64,000 nt of DNA from Oscillospiraceae bacterium (GCA_017518255.1 JAFWVK010000083.1:11146-75145); one strand, 5' to 3'; shown: positions 1 through 8,932, counted from the first letter of the stretch. Translations and numbers: made by a program. Notes: generated by a model from the sequence alone, not told the origin.

Positions 1-2
1 TT

Positions 3-557
3 ATGTATCTCCCGAAGCAGATTGTCCGGTGGATTCCGCCGCTCGGCAAAAACAGAGTCATCAAATCCGTTGCGGAGGGCGTTGTGAAAATTGTGCTCTT
101 TGTGCTGTATATGTGGCTGACCGGATTATCCAAAAGCGTCCGCAGAACCTATGAATACCACGGCGCAGAGCATAAAACCATCGCCTGCTATGAGGCGGCA
201 CTGCCGCTGACCGTTGAGAATGTCCGGAAGCAGATTCGCTTTCACCCGCGCTGCGGAACAAGCTTTATTTTTCTCGTGCTTCTGATCGGCATTTTCTTCG
301 GCTGCTTCAATCCGTTCGTGATTGTGTGGAAGCGCGTGCTGTTCGGCTTTGCGCTGCTGCCGCCGGTCATGGGCGTCAGCTATGAGCTGATCCGCATTGC
401 GGGACGGTATACCAATGTCTGCACGCGGATTCTCTCCGCACCGGGGCTTTGGATTCAGCGGATTACAACCAAGGAACCGCACGACGACCAGATCGAATGC
501 GCAATCGCGGCAATGACGCCCTGTATTCCGGAAAACACGGAGGATGATCTCTGGTGA
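3..557 (+). CDS. DUF1385-family membrane protein (YqhQ-like), 5' end cut by window edge
   Basis: The frame is open to the window start. Motifs YEYHGAEHKTIACYE and HPRCGTSF are typical of DUF1385, and the C-terminal half is hydrophobic. Its stop overlaps the prmC GTG start (GTGA), and prmC is its usual neighbour in Firmicutes. Confidence 0.8.
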   Translation: MYLPKQIVRWIPPLGKNRVIKSVAEGVVKIVLFVLYMWLTGLSKSVRRTYEYHGAEHKTIACYEAALPLTVENVRKQIRFHPRCGTSFIFLVLLIGIFFGCFNPFVIVWKRVLFGFALLPPVMGVSYELIRIAGRYTNVCTRILSAPGLWIQRITTKEPHDDQIECAIAAMTPCIPENTEDDLW

Positions 558-1348
558 CGGGCAATGCAGGACTGCTGAACGAAATCACGAGGATTCTCTG
601 CGCGGGCGGAATTGAGGACGCCCCGCTGGAAGCCAAGTGGATTCTCGAAGATGCTGCGGATGAGGCGGCGGCGCGGAAAATCGCGGAGCGCCGTGCGGCA
701 CACGAACCGCTGCAATATCTGCTCGGAAAATGGGAATTTTACGGGCTGCCGGTGTATGTCGGAGAAGGTGTGCTGATTCCGCGCGCCGATACCGAAACGC
801 TGGTTGATGCCGTTCTGGAACGGAAGCACCGTCTGCCGGAAAGCCCTGCTGCTGTTGATCTCTGCACCGGAAGCGGCTGCATTGCACTCGCACTGAAACG
901 GCATCTTCCGGATCTGATGATGACCGGAATTGACAAAAGCAAAATGGCGCTCACCTTTGCGGAGCGCAATGCCGCGGAAAACGGACTGGATGTGCAGTGG
1001 TTCTGTGATGATGTGACGGCACCGGAACTGACATTTGATGCACTGGATTTGATTGTCTGCAATCCGCCCTATCTGACTGCCGGAGATATGGAAAATCTCC
1101 AGACAGAGGTCGCATTCGAGCCGCAGGAAGCACTGTACGGCGGTGAAGACGGACTGGATTTTTACCGGAGGATCACGGCGGTCTGGCGGGATTCGCTGAG
1201 GTGCGGCGGAATGATTGCCTATGAGGTCGGCTGTACGCAGGCGGAGGCGGTCTCGGAAATACTCGCGGAAAACGGGTTTGCGCAGATTGAAATTATACGG
1301 GATCTGAACGGCAATGAGCGTGTCGTGCTCGGATGCCGGAAATCATAA
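554..1348 (+). CDS. prmC: Release-factor glutamine N5-methyltransferase (HemK/PrmC)
   Basis: SAM-binding DLCTGSGCIA and catalytic NPPY (VCNPPYL) are present. GTG start with GGAGGA about 9 nt upstream. Confidence 0.93.
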   Translation: MTGNAGLLNEITRILCAGGIEDAPLEAKWILEDAADEAAARKIAERRAAHEPLQYLLGKWEFYGLPVYVGEGVLIPRADTETLVDAVLERKHRLPESPAAVDLCTGSGCIALALKRHLPDLMMTGIDKSKMALTFAERNAAENGLDVQWFCDDVTAPELTFDALDLIVCNPPYLTAGDMENLQTEVAFEPQEALYGGEDGLDFYRRITAVWRDSLRCGGMIAYEVGCTQAEAVSEILAENGFAQIEIIRDLNGNERVVLGCRKS

Positions 1349-1389
1349 TTATTCTGGAGGACAAATTTCGTAAAAAAGGAGGAAATCTG

Positions 1390-2649
1390 ATGGGCTTTTT
1401 TGATAAAGTATTTGGGAAAACTCCTGAAAAAGAACCGCTTACCCCGGAAGAAACAGAAAAAGTAGTAAATAGGCAAAAAAAAGAAATCGAAAAAAATCAA
1501 AAAACGATTCAAAGTCAGACTGAAACAGTTGAAAGATTAAAAGCAGAGAAAGATAAACTAACAGCACAGATTAGTATACTGAGAAACGAAGTCAACGAGG
1601 AATACTTCATTCAGTCATATGGATTTTATAAGCCCACTTATTCTTTTGCTAATTCGGATTTGTATAAAGAATACTTAAAGGTACTTAGAGACTCTCAGAA
1701 AGCAATGATAAAGTCAAATACTGCTGTATACGGAACTCAAACTTGGTTAGTTAATGGAAATGCTCGTGAAGGTCAGAAAATGGTTTCTGATATTCAGAAG
1801 TTGCTACTGACTGCCTTTAACCTGCAATGTGATGATATTGTCGAGCACGTAACCATTGCGAATGTTCAAAAATCTATTGAAAAGATTTATCAATTAAGCG
1901 AATCAATTTCCAAATTGGGGCGCACCATGCAAATTCAGATATCGCCTCAATATATTGAATTAAAGATTCAAGAAGTGCGTCTTGCTTTAGATTATGCACA
2001 AAAAAAGCAGCAGGAAAAAGAACAAATAAAGGAACTTCGCGAGCGTGAACGTGAAGAAGCAAAGGTTCAAAAGGAAATAGAAGAAGAACGAAAAAAACTT
2101 GAAAAAGAACAAAAACACTATGAAAAAGCCCTTGAGGCACTCAATGATCAGTTGCTAAAAAAACCTGCTGACCCTAACCTTCTGGCAAAAAAAGCCGAGA
2201 TTGAGAAGAATATCATAGAAACGAAAAAAGCAATTGAGGATGTGGATTACAGAAAAGCGAACATTCGAGCAGGTTATGTATATGTTATCTCTAATCTTGG
2301 TTCATTCGGAGAAAATATCTATAAAATTGGTATGACACGGAGACTGAATCCGATAGAACGTATCGACGAGTTAAGCGATGCATCCGTTCCGTTCAATTTT
2401 GATGTTCATGCACTAATTTTTACTGAAGATGCTCCGGGTTTAGAAGCTGCATTACATAAGGCTTTTGATCAAAAAAAGGTAAATAAAATCAACCCTCGCA
2501 GGGAGTTCTTTCATGTGACACTGGACGAAGTGAAACGGGTGGTCAGAAACAACTTTGATAAGACAGTTGAATGGGTTGATGTTCCCCCCGCTGAGCAATA
2601 CAGGCAATCACTTAAAATCAATAATGATAATCCAAATAATTTGAGATGA
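1390..2649 (+). CDS. DUF4041-like coiled-coil protein with C-terminal T5orf172/MUG113 (GIY-YIG-like) module
   Basis: ATG at 1390 follows a strong AAGGAGG; the ORF-track start at 1333 lies inside prmC. There is a long K/E-rich coiled coil ([40 protein letters not shown]). The C-terminal segment [55 protein letters not shown] matches the T5orf172-type fold from memory. The gene is visibly AT-rich compared with both neighbours. Confidence 0.8.
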   Translation: MGFFDKVFGKTPEKEPLTPEETEKVVNRQKKEIEKNQKTIQSQTETVERLKAEKDKLTAQISILRNEVNEEYFIQSYGFYKPTYSFANSDLYKEYLKVLRDSQKAMIKSNTAVYGTQTWLVNGNAREGQKMVSDIQKLLLTAFNLQCDDIVEHVTIANVQKSIEKIYQLSESISKLGRTMQIQISPQYIELKIQEVRLALDYAQKKQQEKEQIKELREREREEAKVQKEIEEERKKLEKEQKHYEKALEALNDQLLKKPADPNLLAKKAEIEKNIIETKKAIEDVDYRKANIRAGYVYVISNLGSFGENIYKIGMTRRLNPIERIDELSDASVPFNFDVHALIFTEDAPGLEAALHKAFDQKKVNKINPRREFFHVTLDEVKRVVRNNFDKTVEWVDVPPAEQYRQSLKINNDNPNNLR

Positions 2650-2662
2650 AAGGAAAAAACAC

Positions 2663-3853
2663 ATGGCAAAGCAGGATCTGAAAAAGAAGAACGTCGGACT
2701 GGTCATTCCCGCATCGCAGGAGGAACGCCAGAAGGCTCTGAAAAATGCAATCGCACAGATTGAAAAGCAGTACGGCGCAGGCGCGGTTATGCGGCTGGGT
2801 CAGAATTCAACCCAGAATGTGCAGGCGATTTCGACCGGCTCCCTGACGCTGGATATGGCGCTTGGCATCGGCGGTGTGCCGCGCGGCAGAATTGTGGAAA
2901 TCTACGGTCCGGAAAGCTCCGGAAAGACAACCGTTGCCCTTCAGATTATCGCAGAGGCACAGAAGCTCGGCGGCGATGCGGCATTTATCGACGTGGAGCA
3001 TGCGCTCGATCCGGTCTATGCGGCAGCACTCGGCGTTCGGATTGACGATCTCCTGGTTTCGCAGCCGGACAGCGGTGAGCAGGCGCTTGAAATAGCCGAA
3101 GCACTGGTGCGCTCGGGCGCGATTGATGTCATCGTCATTGACTCGGTTGCCGCGATGACAACCCGCGCGGAAATTGAGGGCGAGATGGGCGATTCTCATG
3201 TCGGTATGCTCGCAAGACTGATGTCTCAGGCAATGCGCAAACTGACACCGGTCATCGCAAAATCAAACTGTGTGGCTGTCTTTATCAATCAGGTCCGCGA
3301 AAAAATCGGTGTCATGTATGGCAACCCCGAAACGACAACCGGCGGCAGAGCACTGAAATTCTATGCATCCGTCCGTCTCGAAGTCAGAAAGGGCGAAGCA
3401 ATCAAGGACGGCGCACAGATCATCGGAAGCCGCACGCGCGTCAAGGTCGTCAAAAACAAGGTCGCACCGCCGTTTAAGGAGTGCGAATTCGATATGATGT
3501 ACGGCAAGGGCATTTCCCGTATCGGCGAGGTGCTGGACCTTGCAACCGAGCTGGATATCATCCACAAGAGCGGCTCATGGTTCAGCTACGGCGAACGCAA
3601 GCTGGGACAGGGCAGAGATGCCGTTAAGCTGCTGCTGGAAACAGAGCCGGACTTTGCCGCAGAAATCGAGAAGAAGATTCTGGAACAGAAAGATCAGATT
3701 GTCATGGCATCCAAGAAGAACAAGAAGGAAGCCGCAGTCTCAAAGGCAAAGGCACAGGCGGATCAAGCCGCTGCCGATACCGATGCCGCCCTGAACGCTG
3801 CACCGGATGATCTGCTGGACGATAACTTTGAGGAGTTCATGCCGGAGGAATAA
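2663..3853 (+). CDS. recA: Recombinase RecA (with long acidic/Ala-rich C-terminal tail)
   Basis: Walker [10 protein letters not shown] and canonical RecA core sequence throughout. The start is only 13 nt after the upstream stop. Confidence 0.98.
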   Translation: MAKQDLKKKNVGLVIPASQEERQKALKNAIAQIEKQYGAGAVMRLGQNSTQNVQAISTGSLTLDMALGIGGVPRGRIVEIYGPESSGKTTVALQIIAEAQKLGGDAAFIDVEHALDPVYAAALGVRIDDLLVSQPDSGEQALEIAEALVRSGAIDVIVIDSVAAMTTRAEIEGEMGDSHVGMLARLMSQAMRKLTPVIAKSNCVAVFINQVREKIGVMYGNPETTTGGRALKFYASVRLEVRKGEAIKDGAQIIGSRTRVKVVKNKVAPPFKECEFDMMYGKGISRIGEVLDLATELDIIHKSGSWFSYGERKLGQGRDAVKLLLETEPDFAAEIEKKILEQKDQIVMASKKNKKEAAVSKAKAQADQAAADTDAALNAAPDDLLDDNFEEFMPEE

Positions 3854-3871
3854 TCCGGAATCGGAAAGAAC

Positions 3872-4519
3872 ATGAAAATAGAAGCAATGACACCGGTCAA
3901 AGGCAAGCTGACAGAGATTTTGCTGGAAAACGGCAATCGGCTTCGGCTGCACGGTGATCTGATTATCCGCGAGGGGCTCCGGATCGGTGACGAGCTGGAT
4001 GAGGCTCGTATTGCGGAACTGCGGCAGGCTGCCGCAGAGCGCCGGGCATATGAATACGGGCTGTATCTTTTGGAACGGCGCGGCTATTCCTACCGCGAGC
4101 TGTATCAGAAGCTTACGGATGCAAATAATTCGCAGGAAAATGCCGTCCTTGCGGCGCTGGAAAAGCTGACGCGCTACGGCTTCCTCAATGATGCGCTTTA
4201 TGCGGAACAGCTTGCGCGGCATTTCATCGAGGGAAAAAAATACGGTATCCGCCGGGCGGAATATGAAATGCGGCACAGAGGACTTTCCCAGGAGGATATT
4301 GACGAAGCGCTCTCTGCCTATGATGACCCGGAGCAGATTTCCTCGCAGCTTCTTGAAATCCTGCAAAAGAAATATGCCCGGTATCTGACAGATCCCGATG
4401 ACCGGAAAACTGTTGAGAAGGTTACGGCGGCACTGGTGCGCCGCGGCTATACTTACACACAGATTCGCTATGCGATTGAAGACTACTATGCGGCTGCGGA
4501 GGAGCAGGCGCAATCATAA
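3872..4519 (+). CDS. recX: Recombination regulator RecX
   Basis: Sits immediately downstream of recA. Helical-repeat protein with the RecX-typical pattern (YEYGLYLLERRGYSYRELYQKL ... LVRRGYTY). Confidence 0.85.
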   Translation: MKIEAMTPVKGKLTEILLENGNRLRLHGDLIIREGLRIGDELDEARIAELRQAAAERRAYEYGLYLLERRGYSYRELYQKLTDANNSQENAVLAALEKLTRYGFLNDALYAEQLARHFIEGKKYGIRRAEYEMRHRGLSQEDIDEALSAYDDPEQISSQLLEILQKKYARYLTDPDDRKTVEKVTAALVRRGYTYTQIRYAIEDYYAAAEEQAQS

Positions 4520-4536
4520 AAGAACCGGAGGCGTTT

Positions 4537-5868
4537 ATGAACGTCAGCATGATTTCGCTCGGATGTTCCAAGAATCTGGTGGATTCCGAACGGATGCTGC
4601 ATCTGCTGGAAGCAGGCGGCTATACCCTGACACCGGATCCCGAACAGGCGGAAACGGTGGTTGTCAATACCTGCGGCTTCATACAGGCGGCAAAGGAAGA
4701 AGCAATCGAACAGATTCTGGAACTGATTCAGCGAAAGGAAGCCGGTACGCTGAAGCATATTATTGTAACCGGCTGTCTCGCGGAGCGCTATCAGAAAGAA
4801 GCCGCAGAGCAGTTCCCGGAGGTCGATGCCGTCATCGGAATCGGTGACCAGACCGACATTTGCAAAGTGCTGGACCGTGTGACAAAGCATGACCGCGTGG
4901 TGCAGTTTGCGCCAAAGTGCAATATGCCGCTGACCGGTGAACGGGTCATCGCAACGCTTCCGTTTTTTGCATATCTGAAAATTGCGGAGGGCTGCTCCAA
5001 CGGCTGTACCTACTGCGCAATTCCTGCAATCCGCGGAAAGTATCGCTCTGTTCCGCAGGAGGATGTGCTGGCAGAGGCGAAAAGCCTTGCCGCATCCGGC
5101 GTCACGGAGCTGGTGGTAATCGCACAGGATACAACCCGCTACGGCGAGGATTTATACGGCAGACCGATGCTGCCGGAGCTGCTGTCACGACTCTGCGAGA
5201 TCGGCGGCATCCGCTGGATCCGCGTGCTGTACTGCTATCCGGAGCGCATCTCGGACGAGCTGATTGATGTGATCGCCAAAGAACCGAAAATAGTGAAGTA
5301 TCTGGATATTCCGATTCAGCACTGCAATGCGGAGATCCTGCGCAGAATGCGGCGTACTGGCGACCGCGAATCCCTCCGCAGCCTGATTGCAAAGCTGCGT
5401 GAGCGGATTCCCGGCGTTACAATCCGGACCACGCTGCTGGTCGGGTTTCCCGGCGAAACGGAGGAACAGTTCAATGAACTGGCGGACTTTGTGCAGGAGA
5501 TCCGTTTTGACCGTATGGGATGCTTTGCATATTCCGAGGAAGAAAATACTGTTGCGGCGAGGATGCCCGATCAGGTTGACGAAACAGTCAGAGTACACCG
5601 CGCAGAGCTGCTGATGGAGCAGCAGATGTCGGTCGCGGCAGAGCTGAATCTGGCGCGTGTGCATTCGGAAACAGAAGCGGTGATTGAGGGCTTTGATGCC
5701 GAAAGCGACAGCTGGATCGCCCGCACGCCGGCAGAAGCGCCGGATGTAGACGGCAGACTGTATCTGCCCGGAACGCCGGAAGACGGTCTGCAAACCGGAC
5801 AGTATGTGAATGTCCGCATCACGGATGCGGCGGACTATGATTTGATTGGAGAGGTGATTTCCGGGTGA
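4537..5868 (+). CDS. rimO: Ribosomal protein S12 methylthiotransferase RimO
   Basis: N-terminal UPF0004 cysteines, radical-SAM CSNGCTYC motif and a C-terminal TRAM-like domain. Confidence 0.92.
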   Translation: MNVSMISLGCSKNLVDSERMLHLLEAGGYTLTPDPEQAETVVVNTCGFIQAAKEEAIEQILELIQRKEAGTLKHIIVTGCLAERYQKEAAEQFPEVDAVIGIGDQTDICKVLDRVTKHDRVVQFAPKCNMPLTGERVIATLPFFAYLKIAEGCSNGCTYCAIPAIRGKYRSVPQEDVLAEAKSLAASGVTELVVIAQDTTRYGEDLYGRPMLPELLSRLCEIGGIRWIRVLYCYPERISDELIDVIAKEPKIVKYLDIPIQHCNAEILRRMRRTGDRESLRSLIAKLRERIPGVTIRTTLLVGFPGETEEQFNELADFVQEIRFDRMGCFAYSEEENTVAARMPDQVDETVRVHRAELLMEQQMSVAAELNLARVHSETEAVIEGFDAESDSWIARTPAEAPDVDGRLYLPGTPEDGLQTGQYVNVRITDAADYDLIGEVISG

Positions 5869-6449
5869 ATACACCGAACAAGCTGACACTGCTTCGGGTT
5901 TTGCTGGTTCCGGTTTTTGTCATATTCTTCTATTGGCAGATACCGGGACATTACCTGATTGCAACGCTGATTTTTGTCGGGGCATCCGTGACGGATGCGG
6001 TAGACGGGCATCTTGCGAGAAAGAATCATCAGGTTACGGATTTCGGAAAGTTTCTGGATCCGCTTGCGGATAAAGTATTGGTCATCACGGCACTTTCCTG
6101 TCTGCTTCAGCAGAATAAGGTGAATATTATCGTATTTCTGCTGATTATGGCAAGAGAGTTCATGGTTTCCGGACTCCGGCTTGTGGTTGCCGGAAAAGGC
6201 ACCGTGGTTCCGGCAGGCTTTGCCGGAAAGCTGAAAACCGCATTTACTATGATTGCGTTGATTACGGCGATGGTATACTGGTCATTCCGGCTTGATTTCC
6301 ATGCATTCGGTTTGAAAATCCCCGGCGCAGTGTATACCGGGGCGGAAATTACGCTTCAGGTGCTGTTCTGGATTGCCGCGGTTCTGACGGTCTGGTCCGG
6401 AACGGAATATCTGCTGCATTACTGGAAGGAAATTGATCCCAGTGAGTGA
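5865..6449 (+). CDS. pgsA: CDP-diacylglycerol--glycerol-3-phosphate 3-phosphatidyltransferase
   Basis: CDP-alcohol phosphatidyltransferase motif DAVDGHLARK...G...DPLADK, multiple TM segments, and a GTGA overlap with rimO. Confidence 0.93.
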   Translation: MNTPNKLTLLRVLLVPVFVIFFYWQIPGHYLIATLIFVGASVTDAVDGHLARKNHQVTDFGKFLDPLADKVLVITALSCLLQQNKVNIIVFLLIMAREFMVSGLRLVVAGKGTVVPAGFAGKLKTAFTMIALITAMVYWSFRLDFHAFGLKIPGAVYTGAEITLQVLFWIAAVLTVWSGTEYLLHYWKEIDPSE

Positions 6450-6522
6450 TATTTCAGGTCCATTTTAGATTATTGTGCAATACTGAAATTAGATCATATA
6501 ATCCGTATGGGAGGCGATTGAA

Positions 6523-7413
6523 ATGCCGGTTCGGGCATACTGGAAAAAACTGACTGCTGTAATTTCTGCAATTGCCGCGCTGTTCTCCGTATCCGGCTGC
6601 AACGGCAGCAGCGGCGGAAAGCAGGGCAGTGTCAGCAAGGCGGATCCCCCTGCCGTGACCGGCAGCGTGACCGTGACGGTTTTTGATGTCGGGAAAGCCG
6701 ATGCAATGGTCGTGCAGACAGCGAATAAGGTGACCGTAATTGATGCGGGAAATAAGGGCGACGGAAAAGTAATCGAGCGGTTTTTGACGGCACAGGGAAT
6801 TGATACGATCAATACGCTGATGATTACACACTATGACAAGGATCATGTCGGCGGCGCGGCGCGGCTGATTAACCGGATGAATATTGAAAAGATATACACT
6901 CCGGATTATGTCGGCACCGCGGAAGAATACACCGGCTTTATGGAGAAGGTAACCGAGAAGGGAAAAGAACTTACCGTGATGAAGGCTGGCTCCGATCTGA
7001 CATGGAAGGATGACGATGCCGTATTCCAGCTCTTTGCCGCAAATAGAACCAATTACGGAAAGAATGAGGAGAACGATTTTTCTCTGGTGCTGTATATGCA
7101 GCACGGCGAAAATTCTTTCCTGTTTTCCGGCGATGCGGAAGAGGCAAGGCAGAATGAGATCATGTCCATGAAGCTCGGCGAAGTCACATTCCTGAAATAC
7201 CCGTATCATGGGTGCTATCTTTCCACAACCGAAAACTTCCTCAATGCCTGCAAACCGAAGTATGCGGTTATCTGCTGTTCGGAAAAAGAGGACGCCGATC
7301 CGTCTACGGTTCAGACGCTGAAAGACCGCGGCGTGAAGGCGTATTACACGACCGGCGGAACCGTAACCGCTGTCAGTGACGGCAAGACGCTTACCGTTAC
7401 GCAGGGAGAATAA
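6523..7413 (+). CDS. MBL-fold metallo-hydrolase lipoprotein (ComEC C-terminal-domain-like)
   Basis: Signal peptide with lipobox SVSGC. Metallo-beta-lactamase motif ITHYDKDHVGG plus downstream FSGDAE and YPYHG. Confidence 0.85.
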   Translation: MPVRAYWKKLTAVISAIAALFSVSGCNGSSGGKQGSVSKADPPAVTGSVTVTVFDVGKADAMVVQTANKVTVIDAGNKGDGKVIERFLTAQGIDTINTLMITHYDKDHVGGAARLINRMNIEKIYTPDYVGTAEEYTGFMEKVTEKGKELTVMKAGSDLTWKDDDAVFQLFAANRTNYGKNEENDFSLVLYMQHGENSFLFSGDAEEARQNEIMSMKLGEVTFLKYPYHGCYLSTTENFLNACKPKYAVICCSEKEDADPSTVQTLKDRGVKAYYTTGGTVTAVSDGKTLTVTQGE

Positions 7414-7416
7414 AAG

Positions 7417-7451
7417 AAGGCGCGGGACATATACAATGTCCCGCGCTTCAG
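7417..7451. repeat. GC-rich hairpin element, left copy (AAG-GCGCGGGACAT-ATACA-ATGTCCCGCGC-TTCAG)
   Basis: Perfect 11-bp stem with a 5-nt loop. Its reverse complement recurs at 7698-7732, apart from the loop. Read on the minus strand it is followed by a T-run (CTTCTTTT). Confidence 0.85.
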
Positions 7452-7480
7452 TCTGTCGAAAGACCTCGATAAAATCATCT

Positions 7481-7632
7481 CAAAAGTTTTGATCCAACTT
7501 TTCCAAAAGTTGGCGGAGTCCAGAGGCGGCGCCTCTGGTCGCCCTCCGCAGAGGGCGAAATTCCCTGTTTGCGTGAAAAAAGCGCTAAAGATAGGGGCTT
7601 GGGGGAAGGAAAACAAGAGTTTTCCTTCCCCC
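7481..7632. other. Cluster of perfect small hairpins in a non-coding island (candidate REP-like element or structured RNA)
   Basis: Hand-identified stems: palindrome CAAAAGTTTTG (7481-7491), CCAACTTTT/AAAAGTTGG (7494-7513), CCAGAGGC/GCCTCTGG (7520-7538), CGCCCTC/GAGGGCG (7540-7557), and a 13-bp GGGGGAAGGAAAA/TTTTCCTTCCCCC (7601-7632). Confidence 0.6.
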
Positions 7633-7697
7633 ATTATCAATCTTTCGCACCTCTCTTGACAGGAACAATTTGCAGAATAAGTGACTTTATCTACAAG

Positions 7698-7732
7698 CTG
7701 AAGCGCGGGACATATACAATGTCCCGCGCCTT
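7698..7732. repeat. GC-rich hairpin element, right copy (CTGAA-GCGCGGGACAT-ATACA-ATGTCCCGCGC-CTT)
   Basis: Same 27-nt core as 7420-7446, with flanks that are the reverse complement of the left copy's flanks. Followed on the plus strand by TTTT. Confidence 0.85.
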
Positions 7733-7739
7733 TTGGTGT

Positions 7740-8636
7740 TTAGTGGAATTCGTTAATCAGACTCCTGATGATTTTCCATGTGAGTCCGCTGCTGTAATTC
7801 GGGACAACCTTCCAGCCGCCGCCGCCGTTGCCGAGTTTCACCACATAGATGGTCTCGGTTTCGGAATCGTGATCGTCCTTGCCCTTAATCGAGGTGCGAA
7901 CCTTCAGCTTATATCCTTCCTTAACGGTTGCTTCTGTTCCATAATAGTCAACCAGAAAATCTTCAATTGCCGAAACTTCTTTTTTCTTCAGTGTCATTTC
8001 AGAGCGGATGTCCATCTTGAACTTATAGTTTCTGCCCATTTCATCTTCGATGAACTCGTCCAGCTCTTCGCTGTATTCTTTCAGGATTCCCTTATAAGCA
8101 GACTTTCCGAAATCCTTCTTATATGTGTCAATTACGTCATCCGGAACAACTGCATCAATGATCTTTTCCGCATCTGCCTTGGTAATGCCCTTTTCGAGAT
8201 CTTTGATTGCGCCCTTGTAGCCGAAGCTGACACAGTTGAAGAAGATAATCAAACCGATAATGAGAACCAGCGGAGCTGCTGCGATTGCGCCCATTTTAAT
8301 TTTGGTTTTCTTATCGCCGTTCTTGAATTTGTCAGCGATCGTACCAAAGAAATTCTTAATCTTTGCGACAGCATCGCCTGCCGGATTCTTTGCGGCAGCA
8401 CCCTGATACTGCATCTGTCTTGCTGCCTGTGCGCCGGGGCAGGTACATTGTGCGCCGGCGGGAATCTGTGTGCCGCAGTATTTGCAGAATGTTGTCTGGG
8501 CGGGAGCCGCCGGTGCGGGCATCGGAATCTGAGCCGGTGCCGGTGCGGGAGCCTGACCGCGCGCCTGCTGAGCGCCGGGACAGTTGCAAAGCTGTCCGTC
8601 CGGGACCTGCTGTCCGCAAAATTCGCAAAATGCCAT
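7740..8636 (-). CDS. Membrane-anchored protein with two N-terminal zinc-ribbon-like motifs, function unknown
   Basis: Start chosen at MAFCEFCG, which follows GGAGGAAG. The motif is duplicated: CEFCGQQVPDGQLCNCPGAQ and CKYCGTQIPAGAQCTCPGAQ. These are followed by a P/A/Q linker, one TM segment (AAAPLVLIIGLIIFF) and a roughly 170-aa extracytoplasmic domain. Confidence 0.7.
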   Translation of the reverse strand: MAFCEFCGQQVPDGQLCNCPGAQQARGQAPAPAPAQIPMPAPAAPAQTTFCKYCGTQIPAGAQCTCPGAQAARQMQYQGAAAKNPAGDAVAKIKNFFGTIADKFKNGDKKTKIKMGAIAAAPLVLIIGLIIFFNCVSFGYKGAIKDLEKGITKADAEKIIDAVVPDDVIDTYKKDFGKSAYKGILKEYSEELDEFIEDEMGRNYKFKMDIRSEMTLKKKEVSAIEDFLVDYYGTEATVKEGYKLKVRTSIKGKDDHDSETETIYVVKLGNGGGGWKVVPNYSSGLTWKIIRSLINEFH

Positions 8637-8809
8637 AATACTTCCTCCGTTTCTCATATGCGGGCGCATGTCTGTTCTCGCTCCGCATATCCAAATATAT
8701 TATATTTATTATAACACATTCGACATTTTCTGTCAATGGAAAAGGTGACTTTTTTTCATATTATTTTCACATTTGGAGTTCTGAGCGAAAAAACTACTCT
8801 GCGCAGATG

Positions 8810-8838
8810 CTTGCATTTTTCATCCCGATATAGTATAA
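8810..8838 (+). promoter_or_regulatory. Putative sigma-70 promoter of mnmA
   Basis: TTGCAT, 17 nt spacer, TATAAT. Confidence 0.55.
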
Positions 8839-8932
8839 TATCAGCAGTTCATTCGTAATGTGCTGGCTTCAGCGCGTTTCTGAAATGAGAATCCTGAGTA
8901 ATATCAAAAACAGACAGAAAGGAGCAGGACGG

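Noticed and set aside
1333-1389. ORF-track start at 1333 for the T5orf172 gene
   Set aside because: That start lies inside prmC and has no RBS. The ATG at 1390 has a perfect AAGGAGG 7 nt upstream.
7344-8714. ORFs 7569-8714 (+) and 7344-7640 (-) crossing the hairpin island
   Set aside because: Both run through perfect palindromes and the antisense of the zinc-ribbon gene. Neither has an RBS, the products are low-complexity, and the region is better explained as non-coding repeats.
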